Shown here in pieces: positions 38,921 through 48,605 of a stretch of DNA of 64,000 nucleotides (positions within the stretch are counted from its first letter, which is position 1; each line of letters starts with the position of its first letter). The notes below the pieces were generated by a model that saw nothing but the letters and a program-made list of their open reading frames with translations, had not been told where the DNA came from and did no database searches. The translations under genes and the position numbers were made by a program. The DNA lies in the IMG/VR virus record IMGVR_UViG_3300028883_000032, positions 1-64,000 of that record. One strand, 5' to 3'.

Positions 38921-39629
38921 ATGCTCGACCCGTTAGGTGATAGAATGAAATCTTACGAACGTGTAACTAGTTCGGTGATTGTTCCCAGAACCCCGGTTAT
39001 CTTAAGGCTTGATGGGAGATCGTTTCATACTTTTACAAAAAAAACTTGATAAACCATTTGACGAGCGAATGAGACAAGCGATGTATGCAGCAATGGAATC
39101 GCTAATGTCTAGTATATCGGGAGCCGAAATTGGATTCACACAATCCGACGAAATAAGTATTTTTGTAAAAACTTATAATAAGTTTGAAACACAAGCTTGG
39201 CATGGTGGAAAAATACAAAAAATGATATCTTCTGCTGCAAGTATTGCAACAGCGTCTTTTATACAATACTTGAGTATGTTTGAAGCCCTTCAAAAACACG
39301 CATTTACAGCAACTTTTGATTGTCGTATATTCAACTTACCATTGGAGGAAGTCGCCAATTACTTCCTATGGAGAGGAAAAGATTGTTTTCGTAACGCAGT
39401 TATGGCTTACTATTTATCACTCAACTCGCATAAATCTGCGCAAAATAAAAGCACTTCAGAACTATTGGAGTTAATTCCAAAACACAACTGGAATACTGTT
39501 GCAGATGAGTCAAAATTTGGTATTTTACTATTTAAAGACAGTGATACAACTAAACGTTCTTACTCATGCCCGATAGGAGACATGTTAAAGAACGTAAACG
39601 ATGTAGTAAATCACAGAGAAGACCAATAG
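38921..39629 (+). pseudogene. tRNA-His guanylyltransferase Thg1-like, frameshifted at an A8 run (39037-39044)
   Basis: LGDRMKSYE..ILRLDGRSFHTFT in one frame continues KKLDKPFD..TQSDEIS..FDCR..NYFLWR in the next; A7 would restore the frame. Confidence 0.85.
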
Positions 39630-39700
39630 GGTCGTAGCTCAATTGGCAGAGCGCTGGTCTCCAAAACCAGAAGTTAGGGGTTCGAGTCCTCTCGGCCCTG
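39628..39700 (+). tRNA. tRNA-Trp(CCA)
   Basis: Cloverleaf, loop CT-CCA-AA. Confidence 0.95.
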
Positions 39701-39879
39701 CACAGGAGGTAGAAAATGCATGTTTTTATTGCAATACTGTTGTTTTTCATAGTTTCGCTTCTTTTTGGTGATGGGGCGGGGCTTGTGCTATGGGTATGCC
39801 TAGCTGTTTTTGGATATATAAGTTGGTTTGCTTTCTTTGTGAGTTTAACAGCATACATAGTTGTAGCAATAATACTAGT

Positions 39880-39954
39880 GGGCGATTAGCTCAGTTTGGT
39901 TAGAGCGCTGCCCTTACAAGGCAGAAGTCGTTAGTTCGAACCTAACATTGCCCA
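39880..39954 (+). tRNA. tRNA-Val(UAC)
   Basis: Cloverleaf, loop CT-TAC-AA. Confidence 0.95.
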
Positions 39955-39957
39955 CAA

Positions 39958-40164
39958 TCTTCGTCGTTGGCGCTAATGTTTATTTTAGCACACATAATCG
40001 TAGGGGGCGTACCGCCCCGCCCACTATAAATACTTTTATGTGAAAAAATTCGTTACTCTTAATTCTTAAGAAGTAACACGCGAATTTATTGGGCTCGCCA
40101 TGCTCGCCCAAAATTCAAACCAAAAATTTTTACATGAAATGTAAAAATTTAGCGGCGATGAAGA
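39958..40164 (+). ncRNA. candidate multi-hairpin ncRNA
   Basis: 11-bp end pairing TCTTCGTCGTT/GGCGATGAAGA enclosing several hairpins; no ORF. Confidence 0.5.
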
Positions 40165-40233
40165 TTCGGCCCGAAGAGGGTAAATCTATCGGGGCGCCAG
40201 GCAAGTGGGCCCCGCCCCCGATAGTAATTTTAT

Positions 40234-40311
40234 GCTAGTGTAGCTCAGTTTGGAAAGAGCGCTCGACTGTGGATCGAGAGGTCATGGGTTCGACCCCCAT
40301 CGCTAGTTCCA
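40234..40311 (+). tRNA. tRNA-His(GUG), no encoded G-1, U73
   Basis: GCTAGTG/CGCTAGT-T-CCA, loop CT-GTG-GA; preceding base is T. Confidence 0.9.
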
Positions 40312-40336
40312 CACAACCTAGGGGCACTAAATATGA

Positions 40337-40410
<74 letters not shown>

Positions 40411-40607
40411 CATACAAAAGAGGTACTAAAATGAAGCTGCATTTCACAGTGATGCCCGCATGCCTATTCGGGATACAGCACCAAAAGGGCCATACTAGAG
40501 AATTTTTTTCATTGTGGCTAATTTGCTTCAGGATATCTTTATCAATCCCTAAAGCACTAACCGACTATCCTCTTCTGAACGAATTTGAATGTTGTTAGGA
40601 GATTATT

Positions 40608-40817
40608 ATGCCTAAAGTAGTTATCGTACATCATTGTAGCAAATGTCCATATGGAAATTCCAGTTATCAAGAACCAGATGCTTGCTTTGCTGCTACGGAT
40701 AAGGATCACAAGCATTTTCGAATTTTTGGCGAACCGGGTGACCGCAACTACGGCACTTATCCAAAAGAGATACCAGATTGGTGTCCGTTGCCCGATACAG
40801 AGGAGTCGTTGTCATGA
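40608..40817 (+). CDS. small Cys-rich phage protein
   Basis: CSKCPY..IPDWCPL; AGGAG RBS. Confidence 0.6.
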   Translation: MPKVVIVHHCSKCPYGNSSYQEPDACFAATDKDHKHFRIFGEPGDRNYGTYPKEIPDWCPLPDTEESLS

Positions 40818-41178
40818 ATATTACAATACAAGTATGGCGTATTCCTGGACCTATTCATAAGTTAACCATTCCTGGGAGGGGGGGATGTGCTTAAAATACA
40901 TTTTAGATCAGCATGACATTAAGCGCCCCCACAAATGTAATGCTGTATTAGATAATCCTTATAGCCGTAAATACCGTGTAAGCTTGAATGGTGTACGCGA
41001 CTGTATAGACGAGGAGTATATACCGAAGAATGGTGATGAGATAATATTGTTATCGCCTTTGCATGGTAATGGGCCGTGGCCACCTTGGGGATTTGGTCCA
41101 AGGTGGAGAAGGGTATCCTTGTTAACTCGCCATAAAGGGTTAACAATAAAGGCCCCACATGGGTTAATGAAGTTTTAA

Positions 41179-41263
41179 GGGTCGGTGGCCGAGTGGTTAA
41201 AGGCGCCAGACTGTAAATCTGGTCCTCGAAAGAGGTTCGCTGGTTCAAATCCAGCTCGGCCCA
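41179..41263 (+). tRNA. tRNA-Tyr(GUA)
   Basis: Long variable arm, loop CT-GTA-AA. Confidence 0.95.
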
Positions 41264-41295
41264 CTAAATTAGGACATAATAAGGACAATGAGGAC

Positions 41296-41715
41296 ATGAT
41301 GAGACTAGTTAGACGTAAAATGAAGATTTACACTACCTATGACAACGTGTACGAAATGCACATACTGTGCAACCACAACACCCCTAAAAAGGAAATAGCA
41401 CAATGGTTTTTTACAAATGGTGTAAGGGAATCTCATAGAGTAGTCGTAAATAATGCGCTTAAAGCACTCCGAATTTATCCCGGAAAAACAATCTCTGGAA
41501 ATGATGTTGAATTCTTTGAAATAGTGATAAAGTATAAAAGTGGGACAGACGCTAGGGGAATGATAGAAGTCCCAGCAAAATTAATACAATCTGAACTGGA
41601 AGGATACATCAAACGTGAAGGTATAAAAATTCGCAGCAGTATCGTTGCTACCACGGATTATCTGGTAGAGGCTTCCCTCATCAGAGACATTACTTTGACC
41701 ATACCAGAGGTATGA
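41296..41715 (+). CDS. hypothetical protein
   Basis: Start moved downstream of tRNA-Tyr, GAGG RBS. Confidence 0.55.
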   Translation: MMRLVRRKMKIYTTYDNVYEMHILCNHNTPKKEIAQWFFTNGVRESHRVVVNNALKALRIYPGKTISGNDVEFFEIVIKYKSGTDARGMIEVPAKLIQSELEGYIKREGIKIRSSIVATTDYLVEASLIRDITLTIPEV

Positions 41716-41716
41716 C

Positions 41717-42559
41717 ATGAAGTTTACCTTTTTAGGCGTTGGGGGCATGTTCGCAAAAACTCTCGGCCATACCAACATACTAGTAGAGTTTACAAGCGGG
41801 TATAAGTTACTAATTGACTGTGGAAATAGAGCACCGCTTGAACTATACCAGCGAGGATTATACCCACAAGACATTAACGGGTATTATATATCCCACCTGC
41901 ATGACGACCATGTTGGAGGAATACAAGAATTGGGGCTGTTTGCATATTTCCACCCCAATTGCCATTTCAAGCCTGATTTGTTTATTGCCCAACAACTTCG
42001 TGGGGAAATTTGGAATAACTGTTTAATGGCCGGAATGTCCAGTATTGAAGGCAGTGTTATGTCCCTAGAAGATTACTTCAATGTTGTGTCTATTCCCCCT
42101 AATGGTTCTTTTGGCGTAGTAAAAGACCGCAGAGACGACTCTGAAAGCAGCGTCTTGGCCATTGATGCTAGGTTTGATGGTTGGAAATTATCCCCCGTTC
42201 AAACAGCACATTTCATGAATGGAAGAATAATTGTTCCATCCTTTGGGTTATTGTTTGAAAAAGGGGACGACAAACCAACCATTTTCATTACAACTGATAC
42301 CCAATTCGCACCCCATCAGATACAAGTGTTTTACGAAAAAGCTGATGTCATTTTCCAAGACTGCGAAGCGGCACCATATAAAAGCGGAGTTCACGCTCAT
42401 TTTGATGAGCTTGTCACTCTACCAGAAAAAATACGTAGGAAAATGTGGTTTGTACATTATCCTGATACTGTTCTCGAAGATATAAACACTTGGAAAATGA
42501 AGGCAAATGGAAGCGGGTTCCTTGGGTTTGTAAAAAAAGGACAAGAATTCGAGTTTTAA
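41717..42559 (+). CDS. MBL-fold metallo-hydrolase (RNase Z-like)
   Basis: FLGVGG, LIDCG, SHLHDDHVGG, TTDT, HAH, VHY. Confidence 0.88.
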   Translation: MKFTFLGVGGMFAKTLGHTNILVEFTSGYKLLIDCGNRAPLELYQRGLYPQDINGYYISHLHDDHVGGIQELGLFAYFHPNCHFKPDLFIAQQLRGEIWNNCLMAGMSSIEGSVMSLEDYFNVVSIPPNGSFGVVKDRRDDSESSVLAIDARFDGWKLSPVQTAHFMNGRIIVPSFGLLFEKGDDKPTIFITTDTQFAPHQIQVFYEKADVIFQDCEAAPYKSGVHAHFDELVTLPEKIRRKMWFVHYPDTVLEDINTWKMKANGSGFLGFVKKGQEFEF

Positions 42560-42560
42560 C

Positions 42561-43307
42561 ATGAACGAAAACGAAGCAAAGACTCAACTGATCTTGAAGG
42601 GGTATGGTGGGTCCATTGCTTACGGAACAAATACCCCATCAAGTGACGTTGATTTAAGGGGGGTATTTATTCCTCCAAAGGAGTACTGGGTCGGGTTAAA
42701 GAGTGTGGATCAAATAAATTTTTCCGCAGAAGACACGACTTTCTACTCTTTACAAAAATTCTTTATGTTGGCTATAAAAGCTAACCCAAACATCCTTGAA
42801 CTATTATGGTTACGAGATAATCATTACATTTGGAAAGACGTACCAAAAGATTTCCGTAGCCTAGGAAGAAAATTGATAAGTAATAGGAATCTTTTTCTTT
42901 CAAAAAACATAAAACACACATATACCGGCTATGCCTATTCTCAACTTCATAGAATGGATAAGTTAAACAAGAACGTAGCACAAAATGCAGACCGTACAGC
43001 TCGCGTAGAGAAATTCGGGTATGATACTAAAAATGCTATGCATTTGATACGGCTACTACGTACTGGTCTGGAGATTCTTACGGAAGGCGAATTACATGTA
43101 TTTCGAGAAGATGCCCGAGACCTTTTAGCCATCAAGGATGGGAAGTATACTTACGATGAGTTGGTGGAAAAAGCCCAGCGTTACGACGAACTCATTGAAG
43201 AGGCATATGTTCGCAGCCCATTGCCACATAAACCGGATTTTAATGCTATTCAGAATCTACACATGGAGATGGTGGAAGAAGCTCTATCCATTTTAAACAA
43301 AAGGTAA
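42561..43307 (+). CDS. predicted nucleotidyltransferase (pol beta-like superfamily)
   Basis: GSIAYGTNTPSSDVDLRGVF, NPNILE, GYDTKNAMHLIRLL. Confidence 0.85.
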   Translation: MNENEAKTQLILKGYGGSIAYGTNTPSSDVDLRGVFIPPKEYWVGLKSVDQINFSAEDTTFYSLQKFFMLAIKANPNILELLWLRDNHYIWKDVPKDFRSLGRKLISNRNLFLSKNIKHTYTGYAYSQLHRMDKLNKNVAQNADRTARVEKFGYDTKNAMHLIRLLRTGLEILTEGELHVFREDARDLLAIKDGKYTYDELVEKAQRYDELIEEAYVRSPLPHKPDFNAIQNLHMEMVEEALSILNKR

Positions 43308-43559
43308 ACAAAGATGAATAAAATTTTTGGTGGAATTATGACTATGCTGGTCTCCATACCAATCATGATTGTGAGTACTTTAGGATCAGCATTGGCTTTT
43401 GGTTTGCTGGTATGGTGGTTGTGGAACGCCACCATAGCTATCGCAATCGTTGGAATAGGGACTATTGGATACTGGCAAGCTGTTGGTTTGTGCCTATTAT
43501 GTTGGATACTATTTAAAGGAAGATCAAAGAGTTAGTATAGCGGGCATAAGCCCGCATTT

Positions 43560-43635
43560 GGGGCCCTAGCTCAGTTGGGAGAGCGCCGGCTTTGCAAGCC
43601 GGAGGTCATCGGTTCGATCCCGATGGGCTCCACCA
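43560..43635 (+). tRNA. tRNA-Ala(UGC)
   Basis: G3:U70, loop TT-TGC-AA, CCA. Confidence 0.95.
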
Positions 43636-43681
43636 AAAACAAGAGACGGCTGGGCATCTGATCACTTTTCAGGAGAGCGTC

Positions 43682-43957
43682 ATGGGTTTATACGTTGAGG
43701 GCGTTAACAAAAACACTTGGCTAGACCGGGTGGGCATTGAAGTATCTATGAATGTCGTGCTTTCTCATGAATTTGATGACGATGTATTCCCCGTAGTTTG
43801 GATAAACAACGGGCCTTTCATTGCCATTGGCGTTGGGTTTTCTCCAACAGAGGTCAAAGCCTTTTGCCAGCCTACCGATCATCGCCAAAAAAGGTTTTAT
43901 TTGGTAGAGGCAAGCAAGTTAAAGCCTGTTTGTCCACAGTGGGACAGTTATTTGTAA
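43682..43957 (+). CDS. hypothetical protein
   Basis: ATG after AGGAG; NNGPF.AIGV.FS..E..AF..D.R motif. Confidence 0.6.
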   Translation: MGLYVEGVNKNTWLDRVGIEVSMNVVLSHEFDDDVFPVVWINNGPFIAIGVGFSPTEVKAFCQPTDHRQKRFYLVEASKLKPVCPQWDSYL

Positions 43958-44028
43958 ACATACATAGCATCGAGTTCGCCGGAGGAGGATGAAATAGACT
44001 CCCTCGATTAATAAAGAATCCGGCTCCT

Positions 44029-44102
44029 GGGCCCATAGCTCAGTTGGTTAGAGCCGCCGACTCATAATCGGCTGGTCCCAGGTTCGAGTCCTGGTGGGCC
44101 CA
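44029..44102 (+). tRNA. tRNA with CAU anticodon (likely Ile2; elongator Met possible)
   Basis: GGGCCCA/TGGGCCC acceptor, loop CT-CAT-AA. Confidence 0.88.
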
Positions 44103-44112
44103 CAGAGACTAA

Positions 44113-44185
44113 TCCGGGGTAGCTCAATTGGTAGAGCACTCGGCTGTTAACCGAGGGGTTGTGGGTTCGAGTCCCTCCCCCGGAG
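44113..44185 (+). tRNA. tRNA-Asn(GUU)
   Basis: Cloverleaf, loop CT-GTT-AA, G73. Confidence 0.93.
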
Positions 44186-44203
44186 CCTATAAAGGAGACA
44201 AAA

Positions 44204-44623
44204 ATGTTTGAAGCGATCTATGGAATTTTCATAGTAGTTTTTATTCTTTCGTATTTTTATTTCAAAGCCATTACAACAGTAACGATTTGGTCAAGCGTTA
44301 ACCGCAATACAACTATACACAACGAACGACACCACATGGAGCGTCTGTCAGAAGAAGCTAGTCTCATTACTAGTTACATTGCCTTAGCAATTGTGCAGAT
44401 TCCGGTGATATTAAAAATATCTATAATAGTGGGGTCTGTATTAATTGGTTCTGTTATATACAAAAAAATTTTGGGTACGATCGGGGAAGACAAGTTAGTT
44501 AATCCCAACCTAGTAGGATTAAACCTCTTTGGCAAAAAGATAGTAATTGTACGCCCCAAATGGTTTACGACAATACAACTCATACTCGGTATAACTTTAG
44601 TGTTGTTACGATTTCTTTATTAA
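44204..44623 (+). CDS. hypothetical membrane protein
   Basis: ATG after AAGGAG; hydrophobic segments. Confidence 0.55.
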   Translation: MFEAIYGIFIVVFILSYFYFKAITTVTIWSSVNRNTTIHNERHHMERLSEEASLITSYIALAIVQIPVILKISIIVGSVLIGSVIYKKILGTIGEDKLVNPNLVGLNLFGKKIVIVRPKWFTTIQLILGITLVLLRFLY

Positions 44624-44666
44624 TAACTACTTATAATATGGAAAAAGAACGAGTAGTGCTTCCTTT

Positions 44667-44738
44667 GGCGCGATCGTCCAGTGGTCAGGACATCGGTTTT
44701 TCATGCCGGGAACCGGGGTTCAATTCCCCGTCGCGCTA
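44667..44738 (+). tRNA. tRNA-Glu(UUC)
   Basis: Cloverleaf, loop TT-TTC-AT. Confidence 0.92.
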
Positions 44739-44764
44739 CTATTTAATTTGGAAGACAAAGAGAA

Positions 44765-46372
44765 ATGAATCCAGAAGACGAAAGAAATACTACTTATACT
44801 CTTGGAAATATCGATCAATTTAGGTTCCAAATTGAACCTAACTTCACTGTTCGAGATGTAGAGCGGGCGAGACAACAAATAAATGCACTCGCTGCCCAAC
44901 ATTGGGGTGAAAGGTTACGTACACGACAAGAAGAGATTTTTGCACAATATCTAAACAGGCCAAATACCGAAGCACCTCAACAAGAGCTGCAAGCAGACCT
45001 GATTGGAGAGCTACGTCGCAATATGGAACACCAACAAACCGTACGTGACGATATGGCAGATGCTGCCCGTTGGGCATATGACGTGGGGGTTAGAGCAGGG
45101 CAGCTTGCTCAAGAAGAACAAATTGAAGAACAAGCCGTCGATAACCCAAATTATTTTGCTACAGAAGAAGAGTATACAAGGTATTTAGAAGAGCTGGATA
45201 CGGATACGCCTCCCTTGGTTGTGGAGGCCCCAAACCCAGAATTAATAAATATAACAAATGCCCCTGAAAAAGGAGAAACGACAACGATGGCAATAAATGT
45301 GGAAATACGCACAGCGAATAAATTTTCAGATCTTCAAAGACAAAAGATCAGAGAAATCGCTTCTGACGTGTTGGCGCCAGTAGTTGGTAAAAAAATTGTG
45401 ATAGCGCACAGAGGTAAAACTCAAAAACCAATCGAAGACGGGTGTTTCCATATTCATTGTTGGTCCTCCGTAAGAGGTAGACGAGTATATACTCCGCCCA
45501 GTGAATTATGGATATTTACTGTACAAGATCGATCAAAATCTTACAAACCGTCTGGAGACGGTTTAGCACTTAAAGCTGGACGATGGTCACACAGTGAGTT
45601 GGTAGGAAATAACCTCTACATTCATCACAATATATTTGCTGATCCCAATCGCCCATCGACGTATGATCTTGAATTGTTTAAGAAAATACTTGATGCCGTT
45701 ACACGCGCATACACAGACACTACCCCAGAATTGGATGAACTGGCAAAAACGAATTATGTAAATTTCTGCTTAAAGAGGAAAGACGATTCCATTAAACAGC
45801 TGGAAGACCGTAACGCTAAGGCACGTCAAGCTTTACAAAGTTCGGTACAAGCATCTCTACAGAAAATACGTTTGGCCAAACAGTCTCAATTTGATTTAAC
45901 TCAAGCACTGAACTCCAAACCGGCAGATATGCGTAAAAAATTTGAAATTGAGTTTGAACGTTTGTTGGAACATCCAAAAATTGTAAAAGTTAGAGTAACT
46001 AGCGGCAAGTTCATGGTTGACACGGAAACTTTATACTGTACAGATCCGCGTAGTAAGAAAGTACACGAAATCGGTAAGTTTTGCATCGAAATCAATCCGA
46101 ATACAGGTTCAATACGGTGGGATAATTTAACCCGTAAAGTGGACGGTATGCGTCGCAATATGAACGGTCCACATATTTGGGCAGATGGTCAGGCATGTAT
46201 GGGAAATACAAGTAGTTCGTTTCATTCACTTATCGCTAACTACGAACTAGCAATTGCCGCCCACCTTGCCATCGAATTTGTGGAAAGTGTAAATGTCAAC
46301 GACGGGGCCGGGGAACGTATTAATAATTGGCCTTTAGCCCCCGAAAAAATGCAAGCTAAAAAGGGTAAATAA
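44765..46372 (+). CDS. coiled-coil + prokaryotic E2-like conjugating enzyme (active Cys)
   Basis: C-terminal GPHIWADGQACMGN (PH..G..C.G; Cys478) followed by N.ND..G...WP; possible second start at 45287. Confidence 0.75.
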   Translation: MNPEDERNTTYTLGNIDQFRFQIEPNFTVRDVERARQQINALAAQHWGERLRTRQEEIFAQYLNRPNTEAPQQELQADLIGELRRNMEHQQTVRDDMADAARWAYDVGVRAGQLAQEEQIEEQAVDNPNYFATEEEYTRYLEELDTDTPPLVVEAPNPELINITNAPEKGETTTMAINVEIRTANKFSDLQRQKIREIASDVLAPVVGKKIVIAHRGKTQKPIEDGCFHIHCWSSVRGRRVYTPPSELWIFTVQDRSKSYKPSGDGLALKAGRWSHSELVGNNLYIHHNIFADPNRPSTYDLELFKKILDAVTRAYTDTTPELDELAKTNYVNFCLKRKDDSIKQLEDRNAKARQALQSSVQASLQKIRLAKQSQFDLTQALNSKPADMRKKFEIEFERLLEHPKIVKVRVTSGKFMVDTETLYCTDPRSKKVHEIGKFCIEINPNTGSIRWDNLTRKVDGMRRNMNGPHIWADGQACMGNTSSSFHSLIANYELAIAAHLAIEFVESVNVNDGAGERINNWPLAPEKMQAKKGK

Positions 46373-47734
46373 ATGTTTGATTTTACCGCACCTATATCCC
46401 CGGGTAGTGTATTTTGTTTTTTGTCTAATTTGTCAAAAAAACAACTAGATAAATTGGACAGCATGGGTGCTACTCCAATGCCTTTTGATCTTGATGGTGA
46501 ATCCGGGATTATTGTTGATGGCTCACAGATGGGTGATATAATACGTGAATTAGACCTAGACATCCTGACAACTGATGCTACTACCTATGATGGTGTATAC
46601 AACATTTTGTGGAGACCAAAAAAAGACGGTAGAGGAAAGGCAGAAGGAAACTCAAGAATTATTTTTGAGAATTCTGAAGTTTGTAGGTGGAATGGAAAAC
46701 TTCCAACCGCTGTCATGGAAAGCTCTATTGAAAGGTTTCTTCTTCCATCTTTAAGTAAAGACGTAAAGGTTCACCTATATGTTCCGCACGGGAGTAACCA
46801 TGGCTTAATAAATAATGGGGAATTTAACATATTTATTTGGTCGGGATTGGGACGAAAGGCAGCACTGACACCGAAGAAAATGTGGGGAATACCCGTTGAC
46901 TGTAAAGATAAACCGTTTGATTATTCAGGAAGCGGGTTAGCCATTTATGAATCAGGTGGAAACATCGTAGGCGAGTTAGTACAAAACAACCTCTACATTT
47001 TTCACGATCTTGTACACATGGGTACTCAGCGCGAAAAACAAATCTTCGAGCACATACTGGAAGAAGTTGTGTATCTAACACAAAACCCAGAAGCCGGTAT
47101 TGATAGGCAGGCTCAGCATTTAGCAGAAGTATTGGCCGCTGAATATCAAAATACTTATAAAGTGAGGGAACAGCAGTTAACCACAATTGAGGATGATATT
47201 CAAAGATATAAAGCCGTGCTAGTTGAGAAGATTAGAGCAGCGGATTCTGCTAAAATGATGGTTTTGGGAGCTGAAGAAGCTCTACGAGATATTCGAAGTG
47301 TGGCCAAGGAACAATTTCTGATACTGCGCAGCAACGACAAAATTGAACGTATTGAACCGTCTGGAGATTGTGTAACAATTTACACCAAACGGTTAATTTG
47401 TACTCACCCCGTAAGTCAAAAACAATACGGCATTGGAAACTTTAAAATTATTATTCATTTAACCGGTCATCCAACTATGGTTGAATGGCACAACTTGACT
47501 AGACAGAGTGATTGCCAAGCACCCCATGTTGAACTATCAGGTTATCCCGTAGCGGGAATGACGGAAGAGATGTTCTTGGAGTTACTCGGAAATTATCAAA
47601 TAGGAATAATCGGAAACTTAGCAATTCAGTTTATAGAAACGGTAGATCCTACCCATCCAACAGCTGAACGCTTGAAAAAGTTTCCCCTTCTTAAGGAATC
47701 GATAGAAACTGATGGCAAAGAAAAAACCAAATAA
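46373..47734 (+). CDS. paralogous coiled-coil + E2-like protein lacking the catalytic Cys (UEV-like)
   Basis: Aligns with the previous gene (ELVQNNLYIFH vs ELVGNNLYIHH; WHNLTR vs WDNLTR); APHVELSGYPVAG has Val at the Cys position. Confidence 0.7.
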   Translation: MFDFTAPISPGSVFCFLSNLSKKQLDKLDSMGATPMPFDLDGESGIIVDGSQMGDIIRELDLDILTTDATTYDGVYNILWRPKKDGRGKAEGNSRIIFENSEVCRWNGKLPTAVMESSIERFLLPSLSKDVKVHLYVPHGSNHGLINNGEFNIFIWSGLGRKAALTPKKMWGIPVDCKDKPFDYSGSGLAIYESGGNIVGELVQNNLYIFHDLVHMGTQREKQIFEHILEEVVYLTQNPEAGIDRQAQHLAEVLAAEYQNTYKVREQQLTTIEDDIQRYKAVLVEKIRAADSAKMMVLGAEEALRDIRSVAKEQFLILRSNDKIERIEPSGDCVTIYTKRLICTHPVSQKQYGIGNFKIIIHLTGHPTMVEWHNLTRQSDCQAPHVELSGYPVAGMTEEMFLELLGNYQIGIIGNLAIQFIETVDPTHPTAERLKKFPLLKESIETDGKEKTK

Positions 47735-48605
47735 AAAAAGAGCTGCCCAGTACTTTATACCTCACGATTTTAAAGAAGAGGTAGAAGTGCTTAACCAGTC
47801 TTCTTACTGTATATGGATGACCCCGCTAGCCTTTCAAAAAATGTGGCATTTTGTCGATATTTGTAGTCAAGAAGTTGGCTGGCTTGGATCGGTTGAACGA
47901 GAGGGAAGAAATTTCATTATAACCGATGTTTTCATGTTTGAGCAAGAAGTTACAGGGACTACAACATCTCTCGATGAAGCTGGCCAGACTAAACTTATGG
48001 AAAATTTTCTGGCACAAGAGAATGGTACAGAGCTTTATAACTCTATAAGGTTCTGGGGACATAGTCATGTTAACATGGGAACAACTCCAAGTGGTCAAGA
48101 TGAAACCACAATGAAGGAATTCGAAGAAAATGGCTGTGCGTGGTTTATAAGAGGCATATTCAACAAAAGAGGACGAGCACAGTTTGATATATTTTTATAC
48201 GACGAAGGTGTACGAGTAAACGATGTTCGTTGGGCAATTCTTGTTGAAATGCCGGAATTTGATATCCGCAAAGAGTTGGAAACTGAAATACAAAAGAAGG
48301 TTACCACAAAAAAGTATGTATATCCTTCGTACGCAGGTGGATGGGGAGGAGGAAATGGCTATGACCCTACCAAGAGGACTGGGAATGGTACTGTTAACCA
48401 CTCAGTCCACCCTACTGTAGGTCAAGGGAACCGCTCATCGTCACAGCAGGGAAATGTCTGGGACGAATTTTATACGGCAAATCCAAGCGGAACTCTTGAC
48501 CTAGATGAAGACGACGAAGGAACAACCTTTTTCAACAATAATGGAGTTGTTGAAGAACTAAAACCAGAAACTAAAAAAGAGACAAAAAAGGACAAAACTA
48601 AATGA
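47712..48605 (+). CDS. JAB/MPN-family metalloprotease
   Basis: QEVGWLG..EQEVTG..WGHSHVNMGTTPSGQD; low-complexity tail. Confidence 0.88.
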   Translation: MAKKKPNKKRAAQYFIPHDFKEEVEVLNQSSYCIWMTPLAFQKMWHFVDICSQEVGWLGSVEREGRNFIITDVFMFEQEVTGTTTSLDEAGQTKLMENFLAQENGTELYNSIRFWGHSHVNMGTTPSGQDETTMKEFEENGCAWFIRGIFNKRGRAQFDIFLYDEGVRVNDVRWAILVEMPEFDIRKELETEIQKKVTTKKYVYPSYAGGWGGGNGYDPTKRTGNGTVNHSVHPTVGQGNRSSSQQGNVWDEFYTANPSGTLDLDEDDEGTTFFNNNGVVEELKPETKKETKKDKTK

